Source: an uncultured Candidatus Saccharibacteria bacterium
Lineage (GTDB): Bacteria > Patescibacteriota > Doudnabacteria > UBA920
Direction of reading: 5' to 3'
NCBI GenBank assembly: GCA_964532425.1
Contig: CAZHIA010000003.1
Coordinates: 5,594-69,593, forward strand
Length of the DNA: 64,000 nt
Program-made: the position numbers and the translations under genes
Shown here: one piece after another, positions 9,833-21,900 of the stretch
How positions within the stretch are numbered: position 1 is the stretch's first letter
Layout: every line of letters begins with the position of its first letter
Notes under the pieces: model-generated
The model's input: the letters and a program-made list of their open reading frames with translations, nothing else
Databases searched by the model: none
Told to the model about the DNA's origin: nothing

Positions 9833-10956
9833 GTGTGGAGTGTATTTAGTCCTTGCAAAATAACGTTGGCAGTCCTGTCCCAATCGAATCGTTCAACCCG
9901 TCGCAAACCGCGGTCTATAAATACGTCCCGTACACGGCCATCGGAAACGAGCTGGCGCAAGGCATACGCAATTTCGGCAGGTTGATAGGGACTAACGAGC
10001 AGTCCAGCCTCTCCTACAACTTCAGGGACGGAAGTCACGTTACTAGCCACGACCGGAGTGCCAACAGCCATCGCTTCGATCGGCTGGAACCCAAACCCTT
10101 CATAAAAACTTGGGTACGCTACGGCTCGGGCTAATTTCAAAATAGCCGCTTTGTCTTCTTCGCTGTCTATATAACCAATGTAGTGAATGAGGCGCCGCTT
10201 ACTGCTGCGCTGCAACGCCTTGAACAGCTCTCCATACTTCCAGCCTTTGCGTCCGGCTACGACGAGATGCATATCGCCGGGCAGCTGCTCAAAAGCTGCC
10301 AGTAATCCGGTCAGATTTTTTCTCGGCTCGATGGTATTTAAAAAAAGGATAAACTCGCCCGGCAGTCCATACCGGTTGCGAACATCGCGCAACACCTCCA
10401 CGCTGATGCTGGGGTGAAATATGGTCCGGTCAATACCCGGGTACGCGACCGTAATGCGGCTCGGCTCTAAATGAAATAATCTGACGAGATCGTCTTTCGT
10501 ATGATGAGAAACTGCAAAAATTGCATCTGCTCGCACAAACGATGACCGGTAACCCAAAAAACGATGCCAGAGCCGGCGACGCAAATCATAAAATTCCGGA
10601 GCGACGACCGGAGACAAATCGTGGACAGTAATAGCCAGCTTTGTCCGTGCTGAGACAGAAAATGGGCTTAAGTTCGGCAAAAACAGGCAATCTATTCGCC
10701 CGACGAGGCTTTCAATATTGATCGCGCGGGTCTTGAAAGCCGCATTCAGGAGCTTGTTAGGAATATGTGATGTTTTGACCTTGGAATTTATAAAATGAAA
10801 ATCAACCGGGTTTCCACCGGTCCAGGAATTATAGAACAATGTGTATTCGTTTTTACGGTCTAGAGCCAGCAGATGGTCTATCAGGTTGACGATATAATTC
10901 TCAACCCCGCTCAATTTTCCGCTGGAGAGACTCCTGAGATCTACTGCGATATGCAC
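9829..10956 (-). CDS. glycosyltransferase family 1 (GT4)
   Basis: [20 protein letters not shown] motif. Translationally coupled to the next GT. Confidence 0.8.
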   Translation of the reverse strand: MHIAVDLRSLSSGKLSGVENYIVNLIDHLLALDRKNEYTLFYNSWTGGNPVDFHFINSKVKTSHIPNKLLNAAFKTRAINIESLVGRIDCLFLPNLSPFSVSARTKLAITVHDLSPVVAPEFYDLRRRLWHRFLGYRSSFVRADAIFAVSHHTKDDLVRLFHLEPSRITVAYPGIDRTIFHPSISVEVLRDVRNRYGLPGEFILFLNTIEPRKNLTGLLAAFEQLPGDMHLVVAGRKGWKYGELFKALQRSSKRRLIHYIGYIDSEEDKAAILKLARAVAYPSFYEGFGFQPIEAMAVGTPVVASNVTSVPEVVGEAGLLVSPYQPAEIAYALRQLVSDGRVRDVFIDRGLRRVERFDWDRTANVILQGLNTLHT

Positions 10957-10993
10957 GGTAACAATATCAAAAATTAAATGTCAAAGATCAAAT

Positions 10994-12091
10994 TTACTGT
11001 ACAGCATTGATCTTCTGAAAAATAAAGTCACTCATCTTCCGATTAAATATTTCTTCTGTAAAGTTTGCCGCGTGGCTGACCAGTGCTGCCTGTGAATAGC
11101 GGTTTGCGTTCCATTGTATAATCATTTCTTTTATTGCTTCCTTGTCTGGTTCATAGAAAAATTCGCCGGTGACTCCCGGTCTGACTGTTTCCAACGCTCC
11201 GCCTTTTCCATATGCCAAGGTCGCCGTACCGCATGCCGCCGCCTCAAGCGGCATCAGCCCGAAATCTTCCAGTTGCGGATAAATAAATCCGAGGGCCCCG
11301 CTGTACTGATCGCGCAATTGTTCGTCAGTCACCCGCCCCAGGAACCGAATGGTCTTACCTGCCCGCTTTTTCAGATCGCGTTCATGGCGGCCCGTTCCGA
11401 TCACATGCAGGATCCAACCGATCTCATTGAACACATCTATAACGACATCGAGATTCTTATGCGCTTGGAGCCTGCCGCCAGCCAGAAAATATTTTTCCTT
11501 CGGTACGGTCGGCTTCCAGAAATCGGTCCGAATTCCGGGATGAATAACCACACTGTCCCTGCCATAATACATCTGAATGCGCTGCCTGACCTCTTCCGAG
11601 TTCGCAATGAAGAAATCGACCCGCTGCGCTCCGTCATAATCCCACACTTCCATTCTGTTCAGGAAAAACCTCAGGATATCTTCCACAAAGGGTCGAATAA
11701 CCCACGGAACTTCCTGCCTGACATACTCCTTGTTATGCCAGAGAAAACGGGTCGGCGTATGGCAATAACAAATATGCAGCGACCCTTTCGGTACGGTAAT
11801 ATTTTTGATAAAAGAAGAGCTGGAAGAGACTACTACCTGAAAGCCTTCAAATTTGAGAGAACCGACTGCTGCCGGTATGACGGGCAGCCAGTACTGCAAT
11901 TTAGGAAGCAAGCGATACCAACCGTTAAGCCAGCTGGTTCGAAAGTCATAAGACCCCAGCTGAGATGCAAGCTTTGAATCAACCACCAGAGTGAAAACCG
12001 GACTCTTCGGGAAGAGTTTCCGAATGCTACTGAACACCTTCTCAGCGCCGCCGAGCTGAGTAAAGCTATCGTGAGCTAAGGCAATTTTCAT
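10994..12091 (-). CDS. glycosyltransferase family 1 (GT4)
   Basis: GT4-like motif near the C-terminus (LEAAACGTATLAYGKGGALE). Start set at MKIALAHDS. The longer ORF N-terminus is just the translation of the intergenic TTGACAAAAT repeats. Confidence 0.7.
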   Translation of the reverse strand: MKIALAHDSFTQLGGAEKVFSSIRKLFPKSPVFTLVVDSKLASQLGSYDFRTSWLNGWYRLLPKLQYWLPVIPAAVGSLKFEGFQVVVSSSSSFIKNITVPKGSLHICYCHTPTRFLWHNKEYVRQEVPWVIRPFVEDILRFFLNRMEVWDYDGAQRVDFFIANSEEVRQRIQMYYGRDSVVIHPGIRTDFWKPTVPKEKYFLAGGRLQAHKNLDVVIDVFNEIGWILHVIGTGRHERDLKKRAGKTIRFLGRVTDEQLRDQYSGALGFIYPQLEDFGLMPLEAAACGTATLAYGKGGALETVRPGVTGEFFYEPDKEAIKEMIIQWNANRYSQAALVSHAANFTEEIFNRKMSDFIFQKINAVQ

Positions 12092-12290
12092 AGAATTGAC
12101 AAAATCGACGAAATTGACATAATTGACAAAATTCGGAAACAAAGAAATACAGTAGAAACACTATAGAAATATGGTAGAAATACAATTGTATTTCCATGTA
12201 TTTCTATTGTATTTCAATCGTATTTCTCTCTGATGTTTGTATAATTTTGTCAATTTTTTAAATTATGTTCAATTTTGTCAATTATTAATA
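12092..12290. repeat. composite intergenic palindrome (about 200 bp) built from AATTGACAAAAT and GAAATAC words
   Basis: Left arm AATTGACAAAATCGACGAAATTGACATAATTGACAAAATT and right arm AATTTTGTCAATTTTTTAAATTATGTTCAATTTTGTCAATT in inverted orientation. The core is GAAATACAATTGTATTTC (perfect 18-bp palindrome) flanked by GTATTTC repeats. Confidence 0.8.
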
Positions 12291-13721
12291 GTCTTCCCTC
12301 GACTTCGCTCCGAACAAAAGCAGGTAAAAGCTTTTTGCGAGAATCTTAATATCCAGCCATAAAGACCAATTCTCAATATAATAGGTGTTCTGACGGATCT
12401 CTTCCTCGAACGGCAAATCCGGCCAGGAGACCTGGGCAATCTGCGACATGCCGAAGATGCCAGGCTTGATAGAGAACATGCGGCGGTAGCGGTTGCGATA
12501 ACGGTCGACTTCGTCGAGTACGTGAGCGCGCGGTCCGACCATGCTCATATCCCCTTTCAGCACATTCCAAAACTGGGGAATCTCATCCAACTTCGTCTTG
12601 CGCAAAAATCGCCCGACTTTCGTCACGCGCGGGTCATCCTTGATCTTTAAGAAAGGTCCCGAAGCTCCGCCGCGGCTATTGATCTTCCAGAGCTGCTGGC
12701 GCACTTCTTCTGCCTGGCTGCCTCCGTATTCTGCGCCGACGCTTAAGTGAGTATACATGGTACGGAACTTATAAAAATTAAAATCTCGCCCCCGGCCTCC
12801 GCGCAACGCGGCATAAATGATCTTACCCCTGCTATCAATTTTAATTGCAAGTGAAATGATGATAAAGAATGGCAGCGTAAGCACCAGGCAAATAAGTGAA
12901 GCAATGACATCGAAGATGCGCTTCGCCACTTGGCCCCAGCCGTCCAGCGGCGTATTTTTCAAAGCAATGACAGGAATACCCTGAAGGTTATACATTTCAA
13001 CCGAATTACGCTGAACCTCGAATAGGTTCGGAACGAAGCTAAAGCTCAGTCCTTTGTTTCTGGCAAATTGCACCAGTTTCAAATTCACTTCGTCGCCGAG
13101 TGTGGGATTAGCCTGAATGATCTCGTCAATGCGCTGCTGCACATAGAGTTGTTCCAGTTCGTCCAGAGTTCCGTCTGTAAACTTTAATTCAGCACTGACT
13201 TCGTAGCCGTATGCTTTGTTTTTATAGACACTTTCTATCACGCTGGCATTATTCTCGTACCCGTTAATAATCACCAGCCGGTGCAAACCGATGTTTCGCA
13301 AGAATAGCAGCGTTTGAATGCCGCGGAGGACCAGTCTGCCAAAAATGACGAACAGGATACCCAGTGCCCAGGTTGCCAAAATAATAAAACGGGACGGGAA
13401 AATGGTCTGGTCGAAGAAGAACAGTAGCATCACAATAAGCAAGCCCAAAGAGACACCCACAACGATGCGTCCGAATTCATCCTGAAACTTGCGCGTGCCC
13501 CGCAAATTGTACAGCCCGAGCATTGCGAAAATGAGTATGAGAAACGGGACAATTTTGTTCGTCGTGACCAAAAAATCATGCAACTGCAGCTGGTAGATGA
13601 TTGGCTTGGAGATAATCATCGTCTGCTGGCGCAAATAAAAAGAAACTATACCGGCGCAGAGCAGCATGATAGCGTCCACAGGTATAGAGACCAGATTGAA
13701 TACGAGCTCGGTTTTCTTCAT
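12285..13721 (-). CDS. polyprenyl-phosphate hexose-1-phosphate transferase (WbaP/bacterial sugar transferase family)
   Basis: N-terminal multi-TM region plus C-terminal sugar transferase domain ([19 protein letters not shown] ... [38 protein letters not shown]). Confidence 0.85.
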   Translation of the reverse strand: MKKTELVFNLVSIPVDAIMLLCAGIVSFYLRQQTMIISKPIIYQLQLHDFLVTTNKIVPFLILIFAMLGLYNLRGTRKFQDEFGRIVVGVSLGLLIVMLLFFFDQTIFPSRFIILATWALGILFVIFGRLVLRGIQTLLFLRNIGLHRLVIINGYENNASVIESVYKNKAYGYEVSAELKFTDGTLDELEQLYVQQRIDEIIQANPTLGDEVNLKLVQFARNKGLSFSFVPNLFEVQRNSVEMYNLQGIPVIALKNTPLDGWGQVAKRIFDVIASLICLVLTLPFFIIISLAIKIDSRGKIIYAALRGGRGRDFNFYKFRTMYTHLSVGAEYGGSQAEEVRQQLWKINSRGGASGPFLKIKDDPRVTKVGRFLRKTKLDEIPQFWNVLKGDMSMVGPRAHVLDEVDRYRNRYRRMFSIKPGIFGMSQIAQVSWPDLPFEEEIRQNTYYIENWSLWLDIKILAKSFYLLLFGAKSREDY

Positions 13722-13832
13722 GTCTTTTTCCTACCCTCTTCCCTGCTGGAAAACAGCAGAAAGAGGGGTAATACAACAGTTATAGCTATAGCAATTATAC
13801 CATTTATGCCCAAAAAATTCCATGGCTGTTTA

Positions 13833-13877
13833 AAGGCATAAAAAATACCACTTCTCAAATGAAAAGTGGTATTTTTA
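13833..13877 (-). terminator. rho-independent terminator after RNase P RNA
   Basis: Perfect hairpin AAAAATACCACTTTTC/GAGAAGTGGTATTTTT with U-run on the minus strand, immediately 3' of rnpB. Confidence 0.7.
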
Positions 13878-14280
13878 GGCTTCCAGCAAACTCATAAGCC
13901 GAATTCTGTTTGAAACAATCATCTATCTGGGACTGACATTGCTGCCAGCCTCGAGCGGCCTACCAAACTTGGCCTTGCGCTCTGGTAAGGATTTAGCCGT
14001 TTCACCCTCTATGTTGCCATGGAGGATCGCCCTGTACCAGTCGTCCCCCTAAGGAGGACTCCGGTTCAGGGCGCTTTCACCCTTTCGGGTTCAAGCGTTT
14101 CTGTTCGCACCTCTAAGGTTACCCTCGGCGGGCGTTACCCGCTACCATTGTTGATTTTTCTAAAGAGTTGCCCTCTTTAGAACCATCAACCGAGTGTTCG
14201 GACTTTCCTCCCCGCCCTTTGGATTGCATAGAAAGACTATTGTGAATTCTTAGCCTGAGATGTCCCCACGAACTTCCGTA
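13878..14280 (-). ncRNA. rnpB: RNase P RNA (bacterial type A); 5' boundary approximate
   Basis: Minus strand contains GGAGGAAAGUCCGAACAC (P4 5' strand with the conserved bulged U), ACAGAAUUCGGCUUAUGAG (P4 3' strand with covarying GG>AA / CC>UU), AGGGUGAAAGCG and GGGUGAAACGG motifs, and ends at a strong terminator. I could not resolve P1, so the 5' end is uncertain. Confidence 0.8.
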
Positions 14281-14487
14281 TTTCTTTAAGGCTCGTTCTC
14301 TTGCCAAAGCGTCTTTCTTTTCAGCATATGCTTCGTAATATACCAATCTAAAAGGTGTATATGCTTTTGTTGATATTTCCTGACCTGCATTATGTTCAGC
14401 GAACCTACGTTTAAGATCATTAGTTTGGCCAATATAAACAAATCCTTGTTTATTGGCCAGACTTTTGATTACGTAGACATAATGCAT
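14119..14487 (-). CDS. GIY-YIG nuclease family protein (small YhbQ-like); ORF tail reads into the rnpB 5' region
   Basis: MHYVYVIKSLANKQGFVYIGQTNDLKRRFAEHN is the canonical GIY-YIG motif. The domain ends around 14235. The open frame continues with low-complexity sequence through the RNase P RNA 5' part on the same strand. Confidence 0.7.
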   Translation of the reverse strand: MHYVYVIKSLANKQGFVYIGQTNDLKRRFAEHNAGQEISTKAYTPFRLVYYEAYAEKKDALARERALKKYGSSWGHLRLRIHNSLSMQSKGRGGKSEHSVDGSKEGNSLEKSTMVAGNARRG

Positions 14488-14621
14488 ATGCAATCCAAAG
14501 AGCGGGGCGATTGTTCGATTTGCTGAAAGCTTCACAAATCATAGCAAAAATTGGGCATTCTGTCAATATAAGAAAAGCCGCCCCAGAGCATCTGGGACGG
14601 CCACAATGGTGCGCAAACTGA

Positions 14622-14936
14622 CTATGCGCTGGCGGCATGTGCGAGATGATAGCGTCCTCGCCGAGTCGGCTGAGGCCGTTTCTGCTCACTGTGGATCTCG
14701 ATGGTCTTCAGGTATTGGAAACCCGCCTTTTTCAGATTTTCCTTGACGGGATGTTCCAACACCCTGTCATCCATCTGGATCCGGTACGTACCGTCGATGA
14801 GTGCAAAATCGTTGCCGTGGCGTGCCACTTCGAGGTCAGGAACAATGATTCGCAACCGCGAATTTAGGTATCTGAGCTGTTCTCTGGTATTGCCGTTTCG
14901 CAAATCATTTCCTGGCACAAAGCAAATATGCACCAT
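14622..14936 (-). CDS. hypothetical protein (104 aa)
   Basis: Clean ORF co-directional with neighbours (MVHICFVPGNDLRNG...). No family recognised by eye. Confidence 0.4.
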   Translation of the reverse strand: MVHICFVPGNDLRNGNTREQLRYLNSRLRIIVPDLEVARHGNDFALIDGTYRIQMDDRVLEHPVKENLKKAGFQYLKTIEIHSEQKRPQPTRRGRYHLAHAASA

Positions 14937-15020
14937 TTATAACTGCCTCCTGGGGTAATGTGAGTACTAGCCATATGGCTATAACATACATTTAAGCACT
15001 CTCCTACTCCCCTGTCAAAT

Positions 15021-15060
15021 AGCTAAAACACCCCGCCCTTTGCTGCAAAGGGCGGGGTGT
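15021..15060 (-). terminator. rho-independent terminator
   Basis: Hairpin ACACCCCGCCCTTTG/CAAAGGGCGGGGTGT, downstream of the SIMPL-domain gene. Confidence 0.65.
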
Positions 15061-15072
15061 TCGACTATAAAA

Positions 15073-15852
15073 TTATTTCACTTCAAATATCACACTCATG
15101 GTTTCGGTAATATCCTGGCTGCCAGGCTGAATATCAGGAGCGATCGATTTGGCTTCATTCATCGCCGCTCCGCCCCTACCGGCCGCGTAATCCATGGCGT
15201 ATGGGACCGGCCCTGGAAAACTCGTATTAGATTCGGAAACGCTCACGATCTTCCCGAGGGTTAAACCTGCTTCGGAAGCGAGTTCCTGCGCTTTGGTTTT
15301 GGCATTGGCAATAGCCTGTTTGCGGGCTTGCTGCTTGAGATTGTCAGGATCGTTGAAGCTAAAGCTGACATTCTGGATCTCATTCGCTCCGTTATTAACG
15401 GAACCATCCAAAATGGCTTCCAATTTTGTCTGACCCTTGTCAATATCGTGAACTTTAACCGTTACGGTCTGATTGCCCTGGTAGCCGATAATGCGTGCCG
15501 TGCCATTGCTCCAGTCTTGCTGCGGATAGAAGTTGTATTGGGACGTCTTAATATCTTTGGCATCGATCCCTTGCTGTTTGATGAACTCAATAACTTTGTT
15601 AACCTTGGTATTGTTCTGGTCTTTAACATCCTTGGCCGTGGTCCCCTGGGACATGACCCCGATGGTTACAGTAGCCAGATCCGGCGTAGCCTGCACCTTT
15701 CCATCAGCTGAAACAGCCATGGTCTGGGCCGGTTTCCTATTCTTGATCTTGTCATTCAAATCCGTCCCTTTTTGGACAATCAAAATGGCCACAAAAATAA
15801 CGAGTAGTGCGCCCAGGGTGACAACAAGCCACTTTGGCAAGGTTTGATTCAT
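15073..15852 (-). CDS. SIMPL domain (DUF541, BP26/YggE-like) periplasmic protein
   Basis: N-terminal TM/signal (WLVVTLGALLVIFVAILIV), then a beta-rich domain whose pattern resembles SIMPL/DUF541 proteins. Confidence 0.5.
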   Translation of the reverse strand: MNQTLPKWLVVTLGALLVIFVAILIVQKGTDLNDKIKNRKPAQTMAVSADGKVQATPDLATVTIGVMSQGTTAKDVKDQNNTKVNKVIEFIKQQGIDAKDIKTSQYNFYPQQDWSNGTARIIGYQGNQTVTVKVHDIDKGQTKLEAILDGSVNNGANEIQNVSFSFNDPDNLKQQARKQAIANAKTKAQELASEAGLTLGKIVSVSESNTSFPGPVPYAMDYAAGRGGAAMNEAKSIAPDIQPGSQDITETMSVIFEVK

Positions 15853-15972
15853 ACAATCTTTCGCTGATACATGGATTGCGCGGAGAATGCCGGATCCTGT
15901 ATCAAATTAATTTCATTATAATTATACGCTACCACAAGCAAAAGGTAACTGTGTATAAAGCGACATAAACCA

Positions 15973-18900
15973 TTATGAGATTGCAATAGTTTTATTGAGC
16001 ACACCTTGCTTGCCGATCGTAACTTGCCCTTCATACACCAATACTGCACGATCTTCGGAAATCTCCTTTACTTTAAGCAGATATGTTCCCGGTTGGCTCT
16101 TGAGGAAGAAAACCCCGTTCGGTTTTGTAACAGCTTTACCCATGACAATAGTGGGGAGAGCCACCGGAGAGAGCTCTAAATACAATCCGCCGACATCTCT
16201 GCTGCCGGCCAGACGACCGAGCAATCTCGCATGGGGAACGACCTTCCTGAGCACAGCAAGCACGACATACACTGCCAGGAATAATCCATTGAGCCAATTT
16301 GGCCTCATTGCAAATACCAGCAATGTCCAAGCCAGCCCCGCCCAAAAAACAAGCTCCAAAGTTATATTCAATATGTGCTCGATGCGGGGATGGAATTTGA
16401 CGATCCTTTTTTTGTCTTCCTGGTTCCAATCAAAGGCCTGCTGATCCATCGGAATATTCGGCGTCAGTGGCGCAGAACCATTGCGAACACTCAATTCTTC
16501 CCCATGGTAGACATTTTCATAGATGCCGTCACTTGATCCTGCCACGTGCACGGAAGGGAAAGTGTAGTTAGTTTTTCTTGCCCGGATTCGGTACAGTCCC
16601 GGCTTATCGAGGAAACCAAACTTCCCGTAGAGATCGGTAATGGCATGATCCACTTCTTTACCGGAACGAACGTCTATTAAATCAACCAATACCGGATCGA
16701 GCGGCTGCTTATTCTTACTGTCATAGACCGTTCCCCAATGCCGCCGGCGGGCACGTATTCCAAGCATGCCGAGCAGTCCATACACCAACCGAAGGAAATA
16801 CAGCCAGATGTCAGAAGCGCTGCCGGCATTCATGGACAAACCATACGTCGAAAGTGATGATTCAAGAGTTAACGTAGTCGGCGCAATAGCAATAGTGGCC
16901 ATTCTTGATGTCAATTCCATTGATCGCAGCTGCGGCATAGACACTATACCGGTTCGACCAGCGGAAATTTTTTCGCCCAGTTGCCGAACCACGTTTGAAG
17001 CAACACTGGTGATTCCTTCAAGAACCGGCGATATTGGAGTAACTGGCGATGCAGGAATACTGCCGGAACCACCAGAAGGCGGCTGCTCTCCAGGTATCTG
17101 CTGAATTGGCGTCGAGGATCCGGCCTGGCTTCCAGGCAAAAGGTTGCCAGTTTGATGAGGAGGATTTTCTGCAGGTGCCACCGGCGGCTGTACCGAGTCC
17201 GGGTCACGGTGAGAAGCGGGTTGATTGCTGACCGGAGCCGGCTCAGGCGGCAGCGGTACTAAGACAGGCTCCCGACCGGTATCTGTCGGCGGCACTGACG
17301 GGGTTTGAGGAGGAGCTTGTGAAACCGGCGGCGTCGCGGGTCCACCACCTCCCCCGCTCGGTGGATTCTGAACAGGTAAATCGCAAGCCGACGTAGTAAT
17401 GTCTAGAGCAGGAGAAAAACCGGTCTCCTGGGCATTAGCATTCCTCGCTTTAACATGGAATTGGTAATGACTGTTGCATGCCAGCCCGGATACTGTTGTG
17501 GTGGTCGCAGATATCCAAGAGGTCGTGGTGCTTGCCGTCATATTTTCGACCTGATATTCCGTCCCAATCGGATTTCCATTAGCATCCCATGTTAGCCCTA
17601 CCGCAGTAGCGGTAACCGTTGTCGTCGAAACATTTCCCGGGACATTCGCGAGCGTGTACGCAAACACGTCCGGCGCATAACCGCTCGTATTGTTTGCGTT
17701 CGTGACGATAGCGTAAAAATCGTACTGGGTATTTGGCACCAGGCTGGTACTGAGCCAGCTTGCGTTTGATGTCGTAGCGCTGCTGCCGGCTGTGGTTCGG
17801 TTAAAGTAGCGGTATGGTTGAGCAGCCAGTCCATACGCTGCATCAGCTGAGCCGGTTAGAGAAACACTAACCGAACTTGCAGTTACCGCAGAAACAGACA
17901 GCGTGCCTGGAACAAGTGAGGTGAGGTTTTGAAATAGAATCGAGTCAGTTACCCTGCCCGAGCTCTGGCCTGAGCCATTCAGGAATTTTGCATAAACCGA
18001 ATACGTACCATTTCCGCAGCTCCCCAAATTTTGGCAAATATCCCATGACTTTGTCGTTACATACGACTCAGGAGTCGCATCGGATAAGTCAGGTAAATTG
18101 GAAACCAGCATCAGCGTGGTTCCCGGCTGACCGGTAAGCTGGAGCGTAACATTCCGAGTCGACGTGATCGGGTCGTTTTGGTTTACATAAACACTGAAGC
18201 CCAGCGTTTCACTGCCTGAAGCCCACGGATCGAATGTGCCTCCCCCGCCAGAAGCAGCAGCTCCTTGAACTGAAACCTGACTGCTCAGCAGTGCTTCGCC
18301 GACATTTCCCGCATTGTCGAACACTCTAACTTTATAGTGGTACGTACCCGCTGGAAGGTTAGTGTCCGTCCAAGTTGTTGCCGCAGTAGATCCGGAGTTG
18401 TCCCAATTATCCGTATTGGAAAATACATACGGGGCAACACTCAATCCGGATTCAGCATCCTGGGAACCCGAAACAGCAATCGTAACAGAACCAGTACTCG
18501 TGCTGACTAAGGACAACGTTCCCGAATTCGGTAAAATAGTATCTATCCTGAAGGCAACCAGCCCATTATTTGCCACAGACCAAGGAGATTCCGCCCCTGC
18601 CTGATCCAAAGTTTTGACTCTCCAATAATAACCACTAGCCGAATCCGGCAGGACTTGCGCGCTTGAGCCGACGGAATAGAAACCGGATCCGGCATTTTGA
18701 CCGACGACAAAAGTTTTATCCCCTTGCGCGGCAAGAGCAGACGTATAGTCCACGGACAGTCCGCTAAAATCACTCGTCGTGGAAATTTGCATGCGGTAAC
18801 CGACTAAATCGGACGCGTCCGGATCAGTCAGGTTAAAATGCAAATCCGGTTGAGCAAGATTTATCCAGCTCCCATTGACCAACGGGCCGTTACCGAGGTA

Positions 18901-21900
18901 TGCGGGACTGTTTGGATTTTGATTACAGGGGGAAGCCGGCGGACTGACCATTGCGCTGTACGCGGTTTCGACTCCGTCATGGTTGCGGGCTTTGACGTGA
19001 AAAGAATATGAGTTTCCACATGACAAGCCGGCAAAAACAGTGCTCGTTGCCGTAACCCAACCTGAATTGGACGTAGCACTTGAGTTCTCGGCATAATATT
19101 CGGTTCCAGGAGGGTTTCCGTTCGTGTCCCAGGTTAAACGGACCGATGTGGCAGAAAGTACGGTCGTAGTGGCATTGGTTGGAATCTGTGCAGCTGTATA
19201 AATACTGCTCGTTGCGGTACTTGCCGAATTACCGGCGATATCAACCACCTGGGATTGAAACACGTATTTGGTGTTCGGCGTGAGGCCGCCACTGGTCCAC
19301 GTCGCGCCTCCCGGCGTACTCGTCGCCGAATTCGTCAGGTTGATAAAGTTATACGAAGCTATCCCGGAAAGATTATCCGAAGCTCCGGACACCACAACAT
19401 CCACATGGTCCGGATTCAGCCAATTAAACGTAATGGAACCGGGGTTCGGAGGAGTCGAGTCGAGTTTGAATGCTATACTTCCCGAATTAGCAAGGCTAAA
19501 CGGTGACGTTCCGCCGTTGCCATCAATCGCCTGCACCTCCCAATAGTACGAGCTATTATCGGACAAAACCTGCCCAGGCCCACCAATAGCATACGTTCCT
19601 GTACCAGCCAGCTGCCCCACGGTGAAACCATAGGAACCCTGCGGATTAAGCGCTGACGTGTAATCGAGCTGCGAAGAAGAAAAATTACTATTGGTATCTA
19701 TCCGAATGCGATACTTCACTGAATCCGCCCCATCAGGATCAGAAAGGTTGAATGTAAAATATGGGGACGTACTTGCAGTCCAGGTATTGGTCACGAACAG
19801 GTTCGGACCAAGCGAGCTCGGCGAATTCGGCGCATTGTTGGGAATGCCGGTGGTAATGGTTTTGTCTGTTCCATAGACCGACCCCTTTAAGTTCATGGCA
19901 AACATACGGACATGGTAGGTTGTTGACGGAGCCAGTCCGGTTAATGACGAAATGAAAGTCCCGCTCGCATTCGTTATCCCATTGCTCGCCACAGAACCGG
20001 CAGTGTCATACAACTTAAACTCCGCAACAGCGGTATTTCCGCCCCCGTTATTCGCGGAAATATTTAAACGATATTTTGCGTAAGGCGTTGTGTTGACGAA
20101 ATTAAAAGAACGCGATTCTCCATTTGCCCAGCTGACTTGGTTGGAAATTGATTGCAAGCTCACCCAAGCGCTTCCGTCCCATGCTTCAAAAGTCCAGTTG
20201 CGAGGAGAGTCGCCGCCGCCGGAATAATTATTTCCGGTTATCGTATACTTGTTGACGACAGTCGAAACAGGAAAATCGTATTCTAAATCATAACTCATCC
20301 CTTGGTTGGATGACCAGTATGTGTTCGGATTACCATCAAAAGCATTTGAGGCAGAACCGATGTTTGCTTTTGACGCGGCAGCGGTACCAGTCTCAAGAAT
20401 AGCCAGATTTACATTCGGCACGGACGGGTTTGGATAGGTTGCCCACACGCTCCCGTAACCAGTGATCTGATAAAATGGTAAATCTAAAATTGTGCCGTGG
20501 CCAGTGGCGGTTGTAGACAGAATGTCGGTAACGTCATCGGAGGTGACACTCGGTACTGACGCCGGATAGAGCGAGCCAGCCGCTCCAGCGCCGTAACCAA
20601 CCCCTCCGGAAACACTGCGTGAGACGCTGTTATTATAGACGGAGCTTAACACTGAAATCCTACCGCCGCTTCCACCACCGCCGTTATTGCAACCGTTCCC
20701 CCCGTTTGAAGTTAAACTACCGGAGCCGGCAAAGTTTGTGGTGGTGATGAAAATACTCCCGCCGCTTCCACCACCCGGACTCCAACAATTGAATGCGTTA
20801 GAACCGTTTGCAGAAATTACTCCATCAACGGTAGTTGTGCCGGTTACACTGAAAATCGCCGCACCGCCACCCGCACCACCTCCGTCATTCGAACTGCCGA
20901 ACTGACTTGAGTTCCCCCCACCACTCCCAAGATCGACTGGATTCACCAAGGACCCATAGGGGCTACCAGCATTCACCGCAGACCCGTTACCACCAGAACC
21001 ACCATATGACCCTCCGGCATTATTGTCACGAGGAGTTATTTGGGAGGTTCCCGGCCCCTGCCCGCCGACGTATCCGCGGCCGTTAACGTTTACCGAACCA
21101 CTGCCGCTTACGGTAAGGTTTCCGTTTACCTGCCAATTCAATTTATAGAGACTCGCCGAACCAGTTGTGGCGGTTGTGTTATACGCATGGGTCAACATAC
21201 CGTCAATTGTCACATTATTATACGTTCTACTCGCACCCAGTGCCGCCACCACAAGAGTTGTGCCCGAAGGGATTGTAATGTTCTGATTCTGCCTCAGCAC
21301 CGCAAGGTCACCACCACTGTCAACAACAGTGCCGGACCAAGTCAGGGACGAATAGGAGAACGATGTGCCCGATTGCGCGTAGTATGCCGAGTTGCTTAAG
21401 ATTGTCAGGACAGTTGATGTAGATGAGGATCCAACCAGGTAAACGGCTGCATTATTTTTTAGAGTCACACTATCCATCACAAAAACAGGCAACGGAGTCT
21501 TTCCATACCCACGCTCGTCTGTCGCACCAGATGAATTCAGGTTGTTGTTATCGAGAAGCAAGTCTCCATTTGCTTGGGCTGCGGCTTTCTTGTACAGCGT
21601 TCCACTGCCGCCATAGTTTGGCCATGTGGTTCCGCTGTAATAGGCATAGCTCACCGAAGACACATCTGTCGTGTACTTTATCGCAATACGACCCCCGCTC
21701 CCGTTACCAGAGGCGTTTCCGCACGCATTACCGCCACGCGCGGTGATTGCACCGTTACCCGCCAGAGTTCTCGTCACCACATTAACGCTTCCCCCGCTGC
21801 CGCCACCGGCATCCCAGCAGCTAAACGCATTCCCCCCATTAGCAGAGATAGCACCACTGACGGTCGTAGTAGCCGCTACGTTCAGAATGATTGAGCCTCC

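Noticed and set aside
11114-11977. 287-aa plus-strand ORF inside the GT4 gene
   Set aside because: Antisense to a glycosyltransferase with clear motifs. No RBS or family resemblance.
14119-14234. Treating the full 138-aa ORF as the true GIY-YIG protein
   Set aside because: The first 16 residues precede the canonical MHYVYVIK start, and the last about 35 residues are low-complexity translation of the RNase P RNA 5' region. The functional protein is probably shorter, but no stop codon is present so the exact end cannot be set from sequence alone.
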